IMG/VR virus record: IMGVR_UViG_3300022752_000280
Coordinates: 1 to 29,847 of that record
DNA from: a virus
Taxonomy: Duplodnaviria; Caudoviricetes
Direction: 5' to 3' (one strand)
Length of the DNA: 29,847 nt
Below, piece by piece: positions 9,545-17,869 of this stretch. The notes under the pieces are model-generated. The model was not told where the DNA came from, did no database searches, and worked only from the letters and a program-made list of their open reading frames with translations. Position 1 is the stretch's first letter; the number at the start of each line of letters is the position of its first letter. A program made the position numbers and the translations under genes.

Positions 9545-10321
9545 TTATGCACCCTTTTCATTACGGTATTGGACATAAAGTTCAGGATTGGAAGATGCGG
9601 CATTAGCGAACGCTTGTTCGAAAGATTTTGCATTTCCTTCCTCAACTGCCGACTTAGCCAAAGCAGTCAAACGACTGTAGGCATCGCCTGTAGTGAAGTC
9701 TGCTGATTTCCCGATTTCAGCAAAAATGTTTGCTGATTCAGCCTGAGCATTTACAGATGTAAGGATGTCCTCAACTGATTTTGCTAGGTCTGCATCAACT
9801 GTGGACAAACGGCGTAGCGCTGGTCCAACTTTTTCTGCATCGAGATTCAAGTTAGTGAATCCCTTTGCTTTTTCAATTGCTTCAGCATCAGCCTTAGCCT
9901 CGCGCTCCTTACGGAGTTCTTCGGTTGCTGTTTCTGCTTGCTTTTTGAAATCTTCAATCATTTTGACGACTGACTCAGGAGCGGACTTCAAAAAATCCTC
10001 TGATTCATCTACTGCTTTAGCCATATTTGCTTCAGCCGCATCTTCAGACTTGGATTCTGCTAATTTTGCTTCTAGTTCTGCAATTTTTTTCATTGCTTCT
10101 TCTAGAGTCATATCAGCCTTTTCGACCTGCTCTTCAACAGCCGCGGTATTTGTTTCCTCCATATTGGAGTCCTCCTCGGTGAGCGATTCGTCTAAGACTC
10201 TCTGAACTTCAGATTCATCGGCTGATTTCATAACCAACCAACCTTCATGTAGATGTGCAGGGTGGTCTACCCCAGAGGTTTCCTCTATGACTAAATTCGC
10301 CATTTTGCGAGTACGAGCCAA
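9545..10321 (-). CDS. Scaffolding protein
   Basis: Acidic coiled-coil ending NPELYVQY; N-terminal IEETSGVDHPAH. Likely TTG start at 10321, 5 nt after AGGAG (track starts at GTG 10327). Confidence 0.75.
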   Translation of the reverse strand: MARTRKMANLVIEETSGVDHPAHLHEGWLVMKSADESEVQRVLDESLTEEDSNMEETNTAAVEEQVEKADMTLEEAMKKIAELEAKLAESKSEDAAEANMAKAVDESEDFLKSAPESVVKMIEDFKKQAETATEELRKEREAKADAEAIEKAKGFTNLNLDAEKVGPALRRLSTVDADLAKSVEDILTSVNAQAESANIFAEIGKSADFTTGDAYSRLTALAKSAVEEGNAKSFEQAFANAASSNPELYVQYRNEKGA

Positions 10322-10423
10322 TTTCACTCCTAACGAAAAGTGCTTACCTAAACCAGTATGGACTGATAGACAAACACGGGTCTTGACACCACATAGAATA
10401 ACACAGGTGTAATTTCACCCTTT

Positions 10424-10690
10424 TTAAGAAGAAATCAAAATCCTCAGATTAACCAATGCGGCTATCAAATCTTCAAATGCCATCATTGAAAATGGGTTTT
10501 CGCTTTGCCAAAAACGGGCAACTCTGAAATGAAAGTCGCCCTCATCCATCTCGCTCCAGACAAAAAATACTTGAGAATCGTTAGGCAACCTAGCCACAAT
10601 TCCAGCGAATCTAGGCGCGGTAGTGACGGCATTAACCTCTAATCCCATCCCTTTGAGGATGTCGGCTGTGTCCTCGATAATGCTTTTCAC
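10424..10690 (-). CDS. Hypothetical protein
   Basis: 88 aa; GTGA overlap with the upstream gene. Confidence 0.6.
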   Translation of the reverse strand: MKSIIEDTADILKGMGLEVNAVTTAPRFAGIVARLPNDSQVFFVWSEMDEGDFHFRVARFWQSENPFSMMAFEDLIAALVNLRILISS

Positions 10691-11418
10691 TTAGTCCGAG
10701 ATTCCATTGCAATAAGACGGTCTCTTAACTCCTTAGCCGAGGTTGTATATCTTTGGCTAGGAGTAATACGGGATGGGCGAAGGATGTCCATGTCATCCAT
10801 CCAGCGTGGGTCGTCATAATTCAAATCTTCAAACTCGCCCTCAGAGTCATCTTTTGTGGAATGAAATTTAGGGTGTGTTCGATAATTCTTAGGCTCTAAG
10901 GCATCTTCGCCTTCTGAGTCATCTGGGTTGTACTTACCGTTAGCCCATGCGCCATGTGAAGATTGGTCATGGGAGCCATGCTTTTCAACTAGGCTTTTAT
11001 TCAAAGTGGACATCTTGTGTCCTACCTTGGTATCTGTTGGCTTGCCGTCTCGGTACAACTGAATAAGAACTGCTGGGTCATCTTCGGTTCCAGCGATTGT
11101 AAAACTTGAATTAGGCACATTGATTTTTCCATTGGATACAACTCGGATTACTTTGCCCTGAGCCTTACCGCCTGAAGATTGCCAAGAAACAATATCTCCA
11201 CTCTGTACAGATTTAGCCTTCTTCATCTCTTTCTCGGCTTTATCCTTTTTGCGGATAGCGTTAAAAACTAACTGGGCTGTTGTTCCCTTGATGCCTTTGA
11301 AACCATTAGCCTGTACTTCTCTCTCAATAATTGCGAACTCAGCATTTGGAACATTAGCCAACTCTTTAGCGCGTAATTCGCGAAGTAGTCTCATTTCTCC
11401 TGCTGATGCTTTTGCCAT
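10687..11418 (-). CDS. Multidomain head-module protein with a DUF2945/Hva1 Tudor-like domain and one HDQ tag
   Basis: GDIVSWQSSGGKAQGKV...GTEDDPAVLI...VGHKMSTL; tag at 10942..10983; acidic C-terminal part. Confidence 0.65.
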   Translation of the reverse strand: MAKASAGEMRLLRELRAKELANVPNAEFAIIEREVQANGFKGIKGTTAQLVFNAIRKKDKAEKEMKKAKSVQSGDIVSWQSSGGKAQGKVIRVVSNGKINVPNSSFTIAGTEDDPAVLIQLYRDGKPTDTKVGHKMSTLNKSLVEKHGSHDQSSHGAWANGKYNPDDSEGEDALEPKNYRTHPKFHSTKDDSEGEFEDLNYDDPRWMDDMDILRPSRITPSQRYTTSAKELRDRLIAMESRTK

Positions 11419-12116
11419 TACTTTTCCTTTGGCTTCTTTTTCTTTGGATTCATAATTGTATCAATGTGAACATCATTGACTCCTGGACCATCTTCTTTCT
11501 CAACTTCTTCCATATCAACATAAAGGCGTTCTGCCTTACCGCCAATTGAATATCCAAGAATCTTTCCTTCTTTAACTAAATCCCAAGCCCAAGGCTCCCA
11601 GATAACTCCAAGAAATACTGTGTTTGCTGGATATGTATGGTTCACATCAATTCCACTAATTGTTTGAATTGGAACTGTTAATTCATAAGGGAACGCCATA
11701 ACTTCTACCCATTCTCCAGCAACCACATCGCGGTTATGCTGTAAACGGATACGGCGGTCATTGCTCTTTACATAATCCCAAACCGCTCTTTGCAACTCAT
11801 CTGAATCTGTCCATTCACCATGAGCATCAATTCGGTCTGGGATATACATGGCTCCAAGGGTGTAACGCTTTGCATCTTCAGCCTTAGAGACTTCATAGGT
11901 ACCAATACTCTTGGTTACTGCAAAGGCATCTGGAAAAGATTCCATTGCAAGAGATTCAGTAATCTCCTCATAGTCGCCTTCACCCATAACTAGATACGCT
12001 GAAATAACTCGGGTAGGTGTCCATCCTTGGGTTGGGTACCAACGCTGTTCATTGATTACATCAAATCGGTACAAGTTATAGGGTACGCCTCTACTCATTT
12101 TTACGAAATATCTCAT
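11418..12116 (-). CDS. XkdF-like prohead serine protease with an extra ~69-aa N-terminal domain
   Basis: RYTLGAMYIPDRIDAHGEW...ELQRAVWDY...LQH...WDLVKEGKILGYSIGGKA; upstream of scaffold and capsid genes. Confidence 0.8.
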   Translation of the reverse strand: MRYFVKMSRGVPYNLYRFDVINEQRWYPTQGWTPTRVISAYLVMGEGDYEEITESLAMESFPDAFAVTKSIGTYEVSKAEDAKRYTLGAMYIPDRIDAHGEWTDSDELQRAVWDYVKSNDRRIRLQHNRDVVAGEWVEVMAFPYELTVPIQTISGIDVNHTYPANTVFLGVIWEPWAWDLVKEGKILGYSIGGKAERLYVDMEEVEKEDGPGVNDVHIDTIMNPKKKKPKEK

Positions 12117-14347
12117 TGCTCCCCTCCTCTCTTAAAGGTAATATTATCAACTGGGGTTGATTTAATCAAGCCAGCCTCTTGAGCGGTTTGGAACTTCTGT
12201 AAAACGAGAGTTCCAGTAGCGATAATTGCCCCATAGTTGGCTGGGCGGGTTACGCCCTTAGCAATCTCAATCATTTGATTCCACATACTCAAGCGGGTTG
12301 AATCGTTTAACTCAACCTGATAAGCCTTGTAGATTGGGTGGGTTCCGCCCTCACCCTCTTTATGCTCAAATGAACTTGGGGTATGTAATTGAATCTCTAC
12401 TTCAATACCGTCTTTCTTTGCCTTGATATTAACTCCATCATAAGGGTCACCAGATTGCCAAAAATTTTTAACTCGTAATGTAAAGCCAGATGCTTCAAGA
12501 GCCTTAATTGTTGAATCTAATGATTGAGCATAATTTTCATCGCCCACTTTGAGAGTATAACGAACTGCATCGGATACTGCATCTGCCGCTCTTGACCTAT
12601 CGCCATCAAATTCTGTAACTGCATCGCCATCAATTTTACGAGCCAATGAATCTGTTGATTTAACTCTTTGGTCTAATTGAACAAATTCTCCACCAGCATT
12701 TTTTTGAATTGTTTTCATCAACTCCGTAACTTTTGGTTCAACTGCAAGCGCTCTTTCACGAAGGCGCTTTGCTTCTGCAACTGCCTCTGCCGACCATTCT
12801 GGTCGAGGCGCAACATCTGGCGCTAAGGCTGGAATATCTCCTGTTGAATTATTTGCCCAATTACCGTGGGTGCGCTGGTCATGATTACCATGTTTTTCAA
12901 GAGGCTTCCATATTAAAGATTTCTTTGCTGGCTCTTTTGCATCAATAGCCTGACCTTCAAAGCCATTATCTTTTGCCCACTTGAGTGAAATGTCTAAGGC
13001 TTCTTTTGCTGTAACTGATAAGCGATAAACTGGCAACTCAGTTCCAGGATTATCAAAAGCAAATGCAACTGCCGCGCCCCATGTATGGTGACCATCAACA
13101 ACATAGCCATCGCTAGAAATCAAGATGCGTTCATCTTTTGGAATTTTTCCATCTTCACGGAACTTCTCATAGATAGCACCTGAGCGAGATGCGGAAATTT
13201 CTTTTTGAATTGGCTTGAGCGTAGTTGGGTCTACCTTTTCTTTTTCCGCTGTAACGCCTTGCTCGGCTTCAATTTCAGATAGGAAGCGAGCGCGTTCTTT
13301 GCCAGGAATCTGTGGCATATCTTTACGGGCAATACCCATTCCCTCATCACCGTAAAGCAATGTTCCCCTAATGCTTAACTCAGTAAGGTCTGGATGGTCT
13401 GTGCGCTTCGAAGCCTTCATCAAAAATGCAGATAAATTCTCTGGCTCTACCTCTGGATGTTCTCCAGCCAAAATTGCTTCAGCAATACCGTCAGCCCAAC
13501 TTCCATGGGTCTTTTGGTCGTGCTTGCCAGGATTGTGTTTTTCAATTTTCTTTTCATCTTCAGCAACTAATGATTCAGCCCAAGCGAATCCTGCATCTCC
13601 GCCCCAAGCATCCCAAGCGACTCGACCTGCACTTGGAAAGCCTTTTTCTCCTTGGCTGAATCCAACTGCGTTCTTATCAACTTCATGGCGTGAGAAGAAA
13701 GACTTCATGCGCTTAAGGGTTGCCATAGTTACTTGCTCACCTGAAGCCAACTGATTAGCGCGAGCGCGACCAACTCCAGTAAATCCACTTCCAGCCTTAC
13801 CGTCAGCAATCCATTCAAGCGCTCTACGAGCCGCGCTACGAACTGCCTTTGGAGGTGTAAATGTTTCTGCCTTCTTAAATTGGTGCATCTGCGCTAAGCG
13901 ATTTTCAGCCTCAGCCTTTGTGTCGTATGTGCCAAAAGGTCGCTTGCCTTCTTCATCATAAACTGTCCATTTTCCGTTTTCACGGCGAATCATTTTGTTT
14001 ACTTCTTCGGCTTCTTCAAGGCGCATCTCATAGCCTGTGGTAGTCAAAAATAATTGAACATTGGCAACTGCTGAACCTGTTGATTTAATAACTTCTTCTA
14101 CCAACTCAGTCGGGAGTGAACCTTTAAGAGCCTCAAGATTTGCGTTCTTTAATGTATCTACAAGAATTTCAAAATCATCCCACGAATCATTGGCTGGTGC
14201 TTCTAGCCCACGGCGCAACATCTCATTGACTGCTAAGTGGTGAACCTCTAAGACCTCTGGAGTGGCTTGCGATTTGTGAAGGCGTTCGTGTAAAGCGCGT
14301 AGTTTATCCGCGCTTAGTTCTACAAGTTTTGGAGCAATATCCGCCAT
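12113..14347 (-). CDS. Polyprotein: small head-module domains + ParB-like domain + RelA/SpoT-like nucleotidyltransferase; two HDQ tags
   Basis: ParB-like LKPIQKEI...ILISSDGYVVDGHHTW; synthetase-like RVKSTDSLARKI...DAVRYT...YDGVN...EIQLHT...HPIY. Confidence 0.75.
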   Translation of the reverse strand: MADIAPKLVELSADKLRALHERLHKSQATPEVLEVHHLAVNEMLRRGLEAPANDSWDDFEILVDTLKNANLEALKGSLPTELVEEVIKSTGSAVANVQLFLTTTGYEMRLEEAEEVNKMIRRENGKWTVYDEEGKRPFGTYDTKAEAENRLAQMHQFKKAETFTPPKAVRSAARRALEWIADGKAGSGFTGVGRARANQLASGEQVTMATLKRMKSFFSRHEVDKNAVGFSQGEKGFPSAGRVAWDAWGGDAGFAWAESLVAEDEKKIEKHNPGKHDQKTHGSWADGIAEAILAGEHPEVEPENLSAFLMKASKRTDHPDLTELSIRGTLLYGDEGMGIARKDMPQIPGKERARFLSEIEAEQGVTAEKEKVDPTTLKPIQKEISASRSGAIYEKFREDGKIPKDERILISSDGYVVDGHHTWGAAVAFAFDNPGTELPVYRLSVTAKEALDISLKWAKDNGFEGQAIDAKEPAKKSLIWKPLEKHGNHDQRTHGNWANNSTGDIPALAPDVAPRPEWSAEAVAEAKRLRERALAVEPKVTELMKTIQKNAGGEFVQLDQRVKSTDSLARKIDGDAVTEFDGDRSRAADAVSDAVRYTLKVGDENYAQSLDSTIKALEASGFTLRVKNFWQSGDPYDGVNIKAKKDGIEVEIQLHTPSSFEHKEGEGGTHPIYKAYQVELNDSTRLSMWNQMIEIAKGVTRPANYGAIIATGTLVLQKFQTAQEAGLIKSTPVDNITFKRGGEQ
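12141..12169 (-). promoter_or_regulatory. Internal sigma70/SigA-type promoter for the protease-fusion gene
   Basis: TTGATT-17 nt-TAATAT; spacer contains AACCCCAGT as in the promoters at 26648 and 28615; followed by an AGAGGAGGGG RBS. Confidence 0.65.
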
Positions 14348-14378
14348 TGGTACATAGTAGCGGATTGATTTTTAACTG

Positions 14379-14534
14379 TTATTTAGATTTTTTAAGTATG
14401 GTTTGAATTTTATCAGTAAGCGCAATTTCATCTTGTTCGGATGAACCTGTCTCTGAAGTGAACTCAGTAACGGCAGACCATTCACGCCATGCCTTTTGAA
14501 TCTCTCTTAACTTTGAATCTCTACTCATAGTCAT
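14379..14534 (-). CDS. Small protein (51 aa), candidate partner of the upstream GNAT domain
   Basis: Manual translation MTMSRDSKLREIQKAWREWSAVTEFTSETGSSEQDEIALTDKIQTILKKSK; AAAGGTGG RBS; fills the gap. Confidence 0.6.
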   Translation of the reverse strand: MTMSRDSKLREIQKAWREWSAVTEFTSETGSSEQDEIALTDKIQTILKKSK

Positions 14535-14546
14535 ATCTTACCACCT

Positions 14547-17108
14547 TTAGTTATTCGCTGTGACAAATGAAACAGGTTTTTCTCGCCCTGTTCCGTCATA
14601 AACATATCCGTCACCATCGCGGTCAATTGGTCCAGAAAGTAGGCTACGACCCTCAGCGGTGAGAGGTTTAACATATTCAACAGCCAATCCAAAAAGCCCA
14701 GCCTTGCCAAGCCAAGTTGGATTTCCCTTCCAATCTTTACGCCTGTCATAACCAAGCATGGCGAACTCAGCGGGGAATGGAAAGTCTGGTTCGGTCATAT
14801 CTCTTACCTTGCCAGATGATTTATCAACCATCCTGTCATAAACAGAATTAAATTCATCAATATCTGCTTGACCAAAGAAATCTTTTGGCGCATTTTGAAT
14901 TACACTTTCAAAACGGCTCTTGATGTTATCGGCTGATGTCGCAATATCATCAGGATTAAAGTCAAAACCAGCGTTAGCCCAATGTCGAGCGCCATCCTGT
15001 AGACCAGCAAGAACCTTGATATATCCAAATCCTCTATGGGTATAGAAATCTTCACTCTCTTGAATGAACTTCTTTCCAAATCCTGTTCCTCTGTAATCAT
15101 CTTGCATTTCAAACCATTTATGTTCGACAGCCCAAACTCCTGTCTGAACATCTTTGAAAAATACTCGTTCAAATTTTCCTACAATGTCATTACTTTCATT
15201 GTAAACAAAACCTTCTACATACATTTCATTATCTTCGCTCATTTTTCCAATACCAGTAATTCTTGATTCTAGTTGTACTGGAGTTCCATCAGGCATCTTT
15301 CCTTCATATTCCATATTAAACACTTCTTCAAAAAATGGTTGCAAGGCTTCTACTGTTACACCCTTTGCTTCTCTAATTTTGTCCGAATAGGCATCCCGCT
15401 CAATTTCAATATAAGCCTTGATTCTTTCCTCTGTGACTCTATCGGTCATCTCATCAATCTGTGCTTGGGTAGGAGACCTATCATTTAGCGCCTCAAAGTC
15501 ATCAATCTCTGCTTGAACATAATTGGTGATAGCCTGTTCGACAAGCGGATAGGTATTTTCATCATTTAATAGCATCTCTCTTAACTGTGCTTCATCTACT
15601 GGCTCCCAAAGAGCATCTAAATCTGCAAGCGCTGGTCCACGATTTTCCCATTCAGCAATACGGGCTTTTTCTTCATCCGTATATCCAGCGGTAGCCCAAG
15701 AGCCGTGACTCTGTTGGTCGTGCTGACCTTCAAGGTGTTTTAGAGTAGGAATTAACCCTGCTTGGAATTTGATTACCTTGTATTGCTTCTCAAATGTTTT
15801 TGGTACTTCCCAAAACTCTTTAGGTAGGAGAGCCACTTTTTGCTCAGCAAATCCCTGACCGCGTGTGTTGTACCAAGAATTCTGCCCACGGGTTTCTGTT
15901 GTAAGCGCTCCGCGAGCGGTCTCTGTGAACATCTGTGAGTGATGCACCCAAGCGGATTCTTCTCCATCTTGACCAAATCCACGACCAGTCGCCGCGTGTC
16001 CAAAGAAATCGTGAACTGCTCGGAACTTATCATTTTGCTCATCGCTGAAGAATGGGTGTGAGCCTGTAGAGGCTGTTCTTAATACTTTAAGAACTCCCTT
16101 GCTTGCATCAGCAAACATCTCTCGGGAAGTTTTATACGGGTCTGCATCCACGAACTCAACCTTGACTCCCAAGGTGTTTGTCATGTAATCAAACTGTGCA
16201 TCTACCTCTTTAGCAAGGGCTTCATAGGCTGGGAAGGCTTCTTCCTGAACCGTAGGCAACTCATCGTAGGCATCGGCAATACGCGCCGCCCTTGCTCGAT
16301 TAGCAACTGTCTTTTGATAATCAATGGAATCATCTTGCTCGATTCCCGCTTTGAAGGCGTATTCTTTTGCGCCGTCTCTTGCTAACTTAACTGAATCTGG
16401 ACCAAAGCGACCAGATGCCCAACTGCCATGTGTGGCTTGGTCATGCTGACCTTCTAAGTGTTTTGTTACGCCTTGGTATCTTCCGAGGCAGACATGGGGC
16501 GATTCTTCTCTATCGCGTTGAGAATCTCCTCCGCGAACGCCTTCTTTTCCTCTGGAGTCATTTGATTGACGGGGATGGGTACTTCCACCATCAATGGCTT
16601 TTGTTGTTCTGTCATCTACCTCATCCTTCATATAGATATATTCGTCTTTATCAATGTCGTACACAGATTGTTGTTTATTACTGAATCCAGCGCGAACTGC
16701 TTCGCTTCTAGAATCATAACGGCGAGAGACATCAAGGTACACGGTTTGTTGGTCTTTTACAACCCATATACCAAAATAGGCTCCGCGCTCGCTGAGTGCA
16801 TCTGCGTTCTTTTCGATGTAATCCAAAAGAATCTTTCGGCTACGGTCTCGGCTTGAGAAGAAATCATCGTAGGAAACTGTTTCCTCAGCCCCAGCGTTGG
16901 AAGCCATGTACCCGCTAGTAGGTTCGTTACGACTAGAAATATCTAGGCTGAATCCAGTTACGCCCTTTTTGCCTAGGCGGTCAATAATTCCAGTAGCAAT
17001 TGTGGCACCCGTAGCCCAGTTTCCGTGGGTTTTCTGGTCATGCTCACCATGTTTTTTAACGGCTTGGATAATCTCAACATCTTCAAGAACGGTTCTAAAT
17101 CTACTCAT
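14547..17108 (-). CDS. Three-domain polyprotein: unknown domain + HDxxGH metalloenzyme-like domain + GNAT acetyltransferase; three HDQ tags
   Basis: Domain 2 FRAVHDFFGH...GEESAW..H...ETRGQNSW; domain 3 YRGTGFGKKF...GARHWANAGF (acetyl-CoA-binding RxxGxG-type motif). Confidence 0.7.
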   Translation of the reverse strand: MSRFRTVLEDVEIIQAVKKHGEHDQKTHGNWATGATIATGIIDRLGKKGVTGFSLDISSRNEPTSGYMASNAGAEETVSYDDFFSSRDRSRKILLDYIEKNADALSERGAYFGIWVVKDQQTVYLDVSRRYDSRSEAVRAGFSNKQQSVYDIDKDEYIYMKDEVDDRTTKAIDGGSTHPRQSNDSRGKEGVRGGDSQRDREESPHVCLGRYQGVTKHLEGQHDQATHGSWASGRFGPDSVKLARDGAKEYAFKAGIEQDDSIDYQKTVANRARAARIADAYDELPTVQEEAFPAYEALAKEVDAQFDYMTNTLGVKVEFVDADPYKTSREMFADASKGVLKVLRTASTGSHPFFSDEQNDKFRAVHDFFGHAATGRGFGQDGEESAWVHHSQMFTETARGALTTETRGQNSWYNTRGQGFAEQKVALLPKEFWEVPKTFEKQYKVIKFQAGLIPTLKHLEGQHDQQSHGSWATAGYTDEEKARIAEWENRGPALADLDALWEPVDEAQLREMLLNDENTYPLVEQAITNYVQAEIDDFEALNDRSPTQAQIDEMTDRVTEERIKAYIEIERDAYSDKIREAKGVTVEALQPFFEEVFNMEYEGKMPDGTPVQLESRITGIGKMSEDNEMYVEGFVYNESNDIVGKFERVFFKDVQTGVWAVEHKWFEMQDDYRGTGFGKKFIQESEDFYTHRGFGYIKVLAGLQDGARHWANAGFDFNPDDIATSADNIKSRFESVIQNAPKDFFGQADIDEFNSVYDRMVDKSSGKVRDMTEPDFPFPAEFAMLGYDRRKDWKGNPTWLGKAGLFGLAVEYVKPLTAEGRSLLSGPIDRDGDGYVYDGTGREKPVSFVTANN
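16466..16615 (-). CDS. Nested out-of-frame small protein (49 aa)
   Basis: MTEQQKPLMVEVPIPVNQMTPEEKKAFAEEILNAIEKNRPMSASEDTKA in the +1 frame of the polyprotein linker; AAGGATGAGGTAG directly upstream of the ATG. Confidence 0.6.
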   Translation of the reverse strand: MTEQQKPLMVEVPIPVNQMTPEEKKAFAEEILNAIEKNRPMSASEDTKA

Positions 17109-17869
17109 TTATCCACCCTTTGAAATACTGCGACCTTTTCCTCAGACCCTATACCTCTTTTGTACCCCAAAAATAGCAAATCCGTACTACGAGGTAATAG
17201 AACTTCTTTCTCTCTGTCTGAAACTGAACTCGTATCATTGACGGAGGTTCGATAAATGTCTACGGCAATTCCCTTACCGCTCTTGGTTGGGCTTGGAAGA
17301 ATGACAGCAACAGTATCAGGTGTGTCATATATTTCGCCAAGCGCATCCCGAGCATCCGTATCTTTGGTCAAATCTATTCGCGTAGTTGATAGATAACCCT
17401 TATCTCTGAGAGTATCGCCTGGGGCTAACTGGGCTAAAACAAAATTATCTACGACTCGAAATAAAGTTTTATCTCCGAACATATCTGGAGCCTTATCAAT
17501 TAAAGAATCTAACCCATCAACCTTTTCTTGAAGGAATTTTATTTCGTAAGAATCTTCAAAACCTCTTGGGTTGCGAAGAAACGCGTTTATATTTTTATAT
17601 CCCTCTTGAGAATAACTATCAATAGCATCATGCTCAAAGGTTTCAACTCCAACGATTTTGCCGTCTCTGTCCACTCCGTAGCGCTCGCTATAAACCATCA
17701 ATGCTGGGTCGTATTCAGATTCTTCATCAAATGTACCTAGGGTTAGTAAATCTGGATAGTTCTCACTTAAAGCCCAGTTACCATGAGTGGATTGGTCATG
17801 TTCTTGGTGTTTAGAGACGACAAGGGTTAGCCCCTTATCAGAATCGTATTGAAATCTCTCTAGGCTCAT
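17105..17869 (-). CDS. ADP-ribosyltransferase (VIP2/R-S-E type) with HDQ tag
   Basis: YKNINAFLR, TLFRVV, DKGYLSTT, EKEVLLPR. Confidence 0.85.
   Translation of the reverse strand: MSLERFQYDSDKGLTLVVSKHQEHDQSTHGNWALSENYPDLLTLGTFDEESEYDPALMVYSERYGVDRDGKIVGVETFEHDAIDSYSQEGYKNINAFLRNPRGFEDSYEIKFLQEKVDGLDSLIDKAPDMFGDKTLFRVVDNFVLAQLAPGDTLRDKGYLSTTRIDLTKDTDARDALGEIYDTPDTVAVILPSPTKSGKGIAVDIYRTSVNDTSSVSDREKEVLLPRSTDLLFLGYKRGIGSEEKVAVFQRVDK

Noticed and set aside
12113-17108. Inteins as the reason for the long multidomain ORFs
   Set aside because: No Cys/Ser-start and His-Asn-end splicing motifs or LAGLIDADG blocks at the domain junctions.
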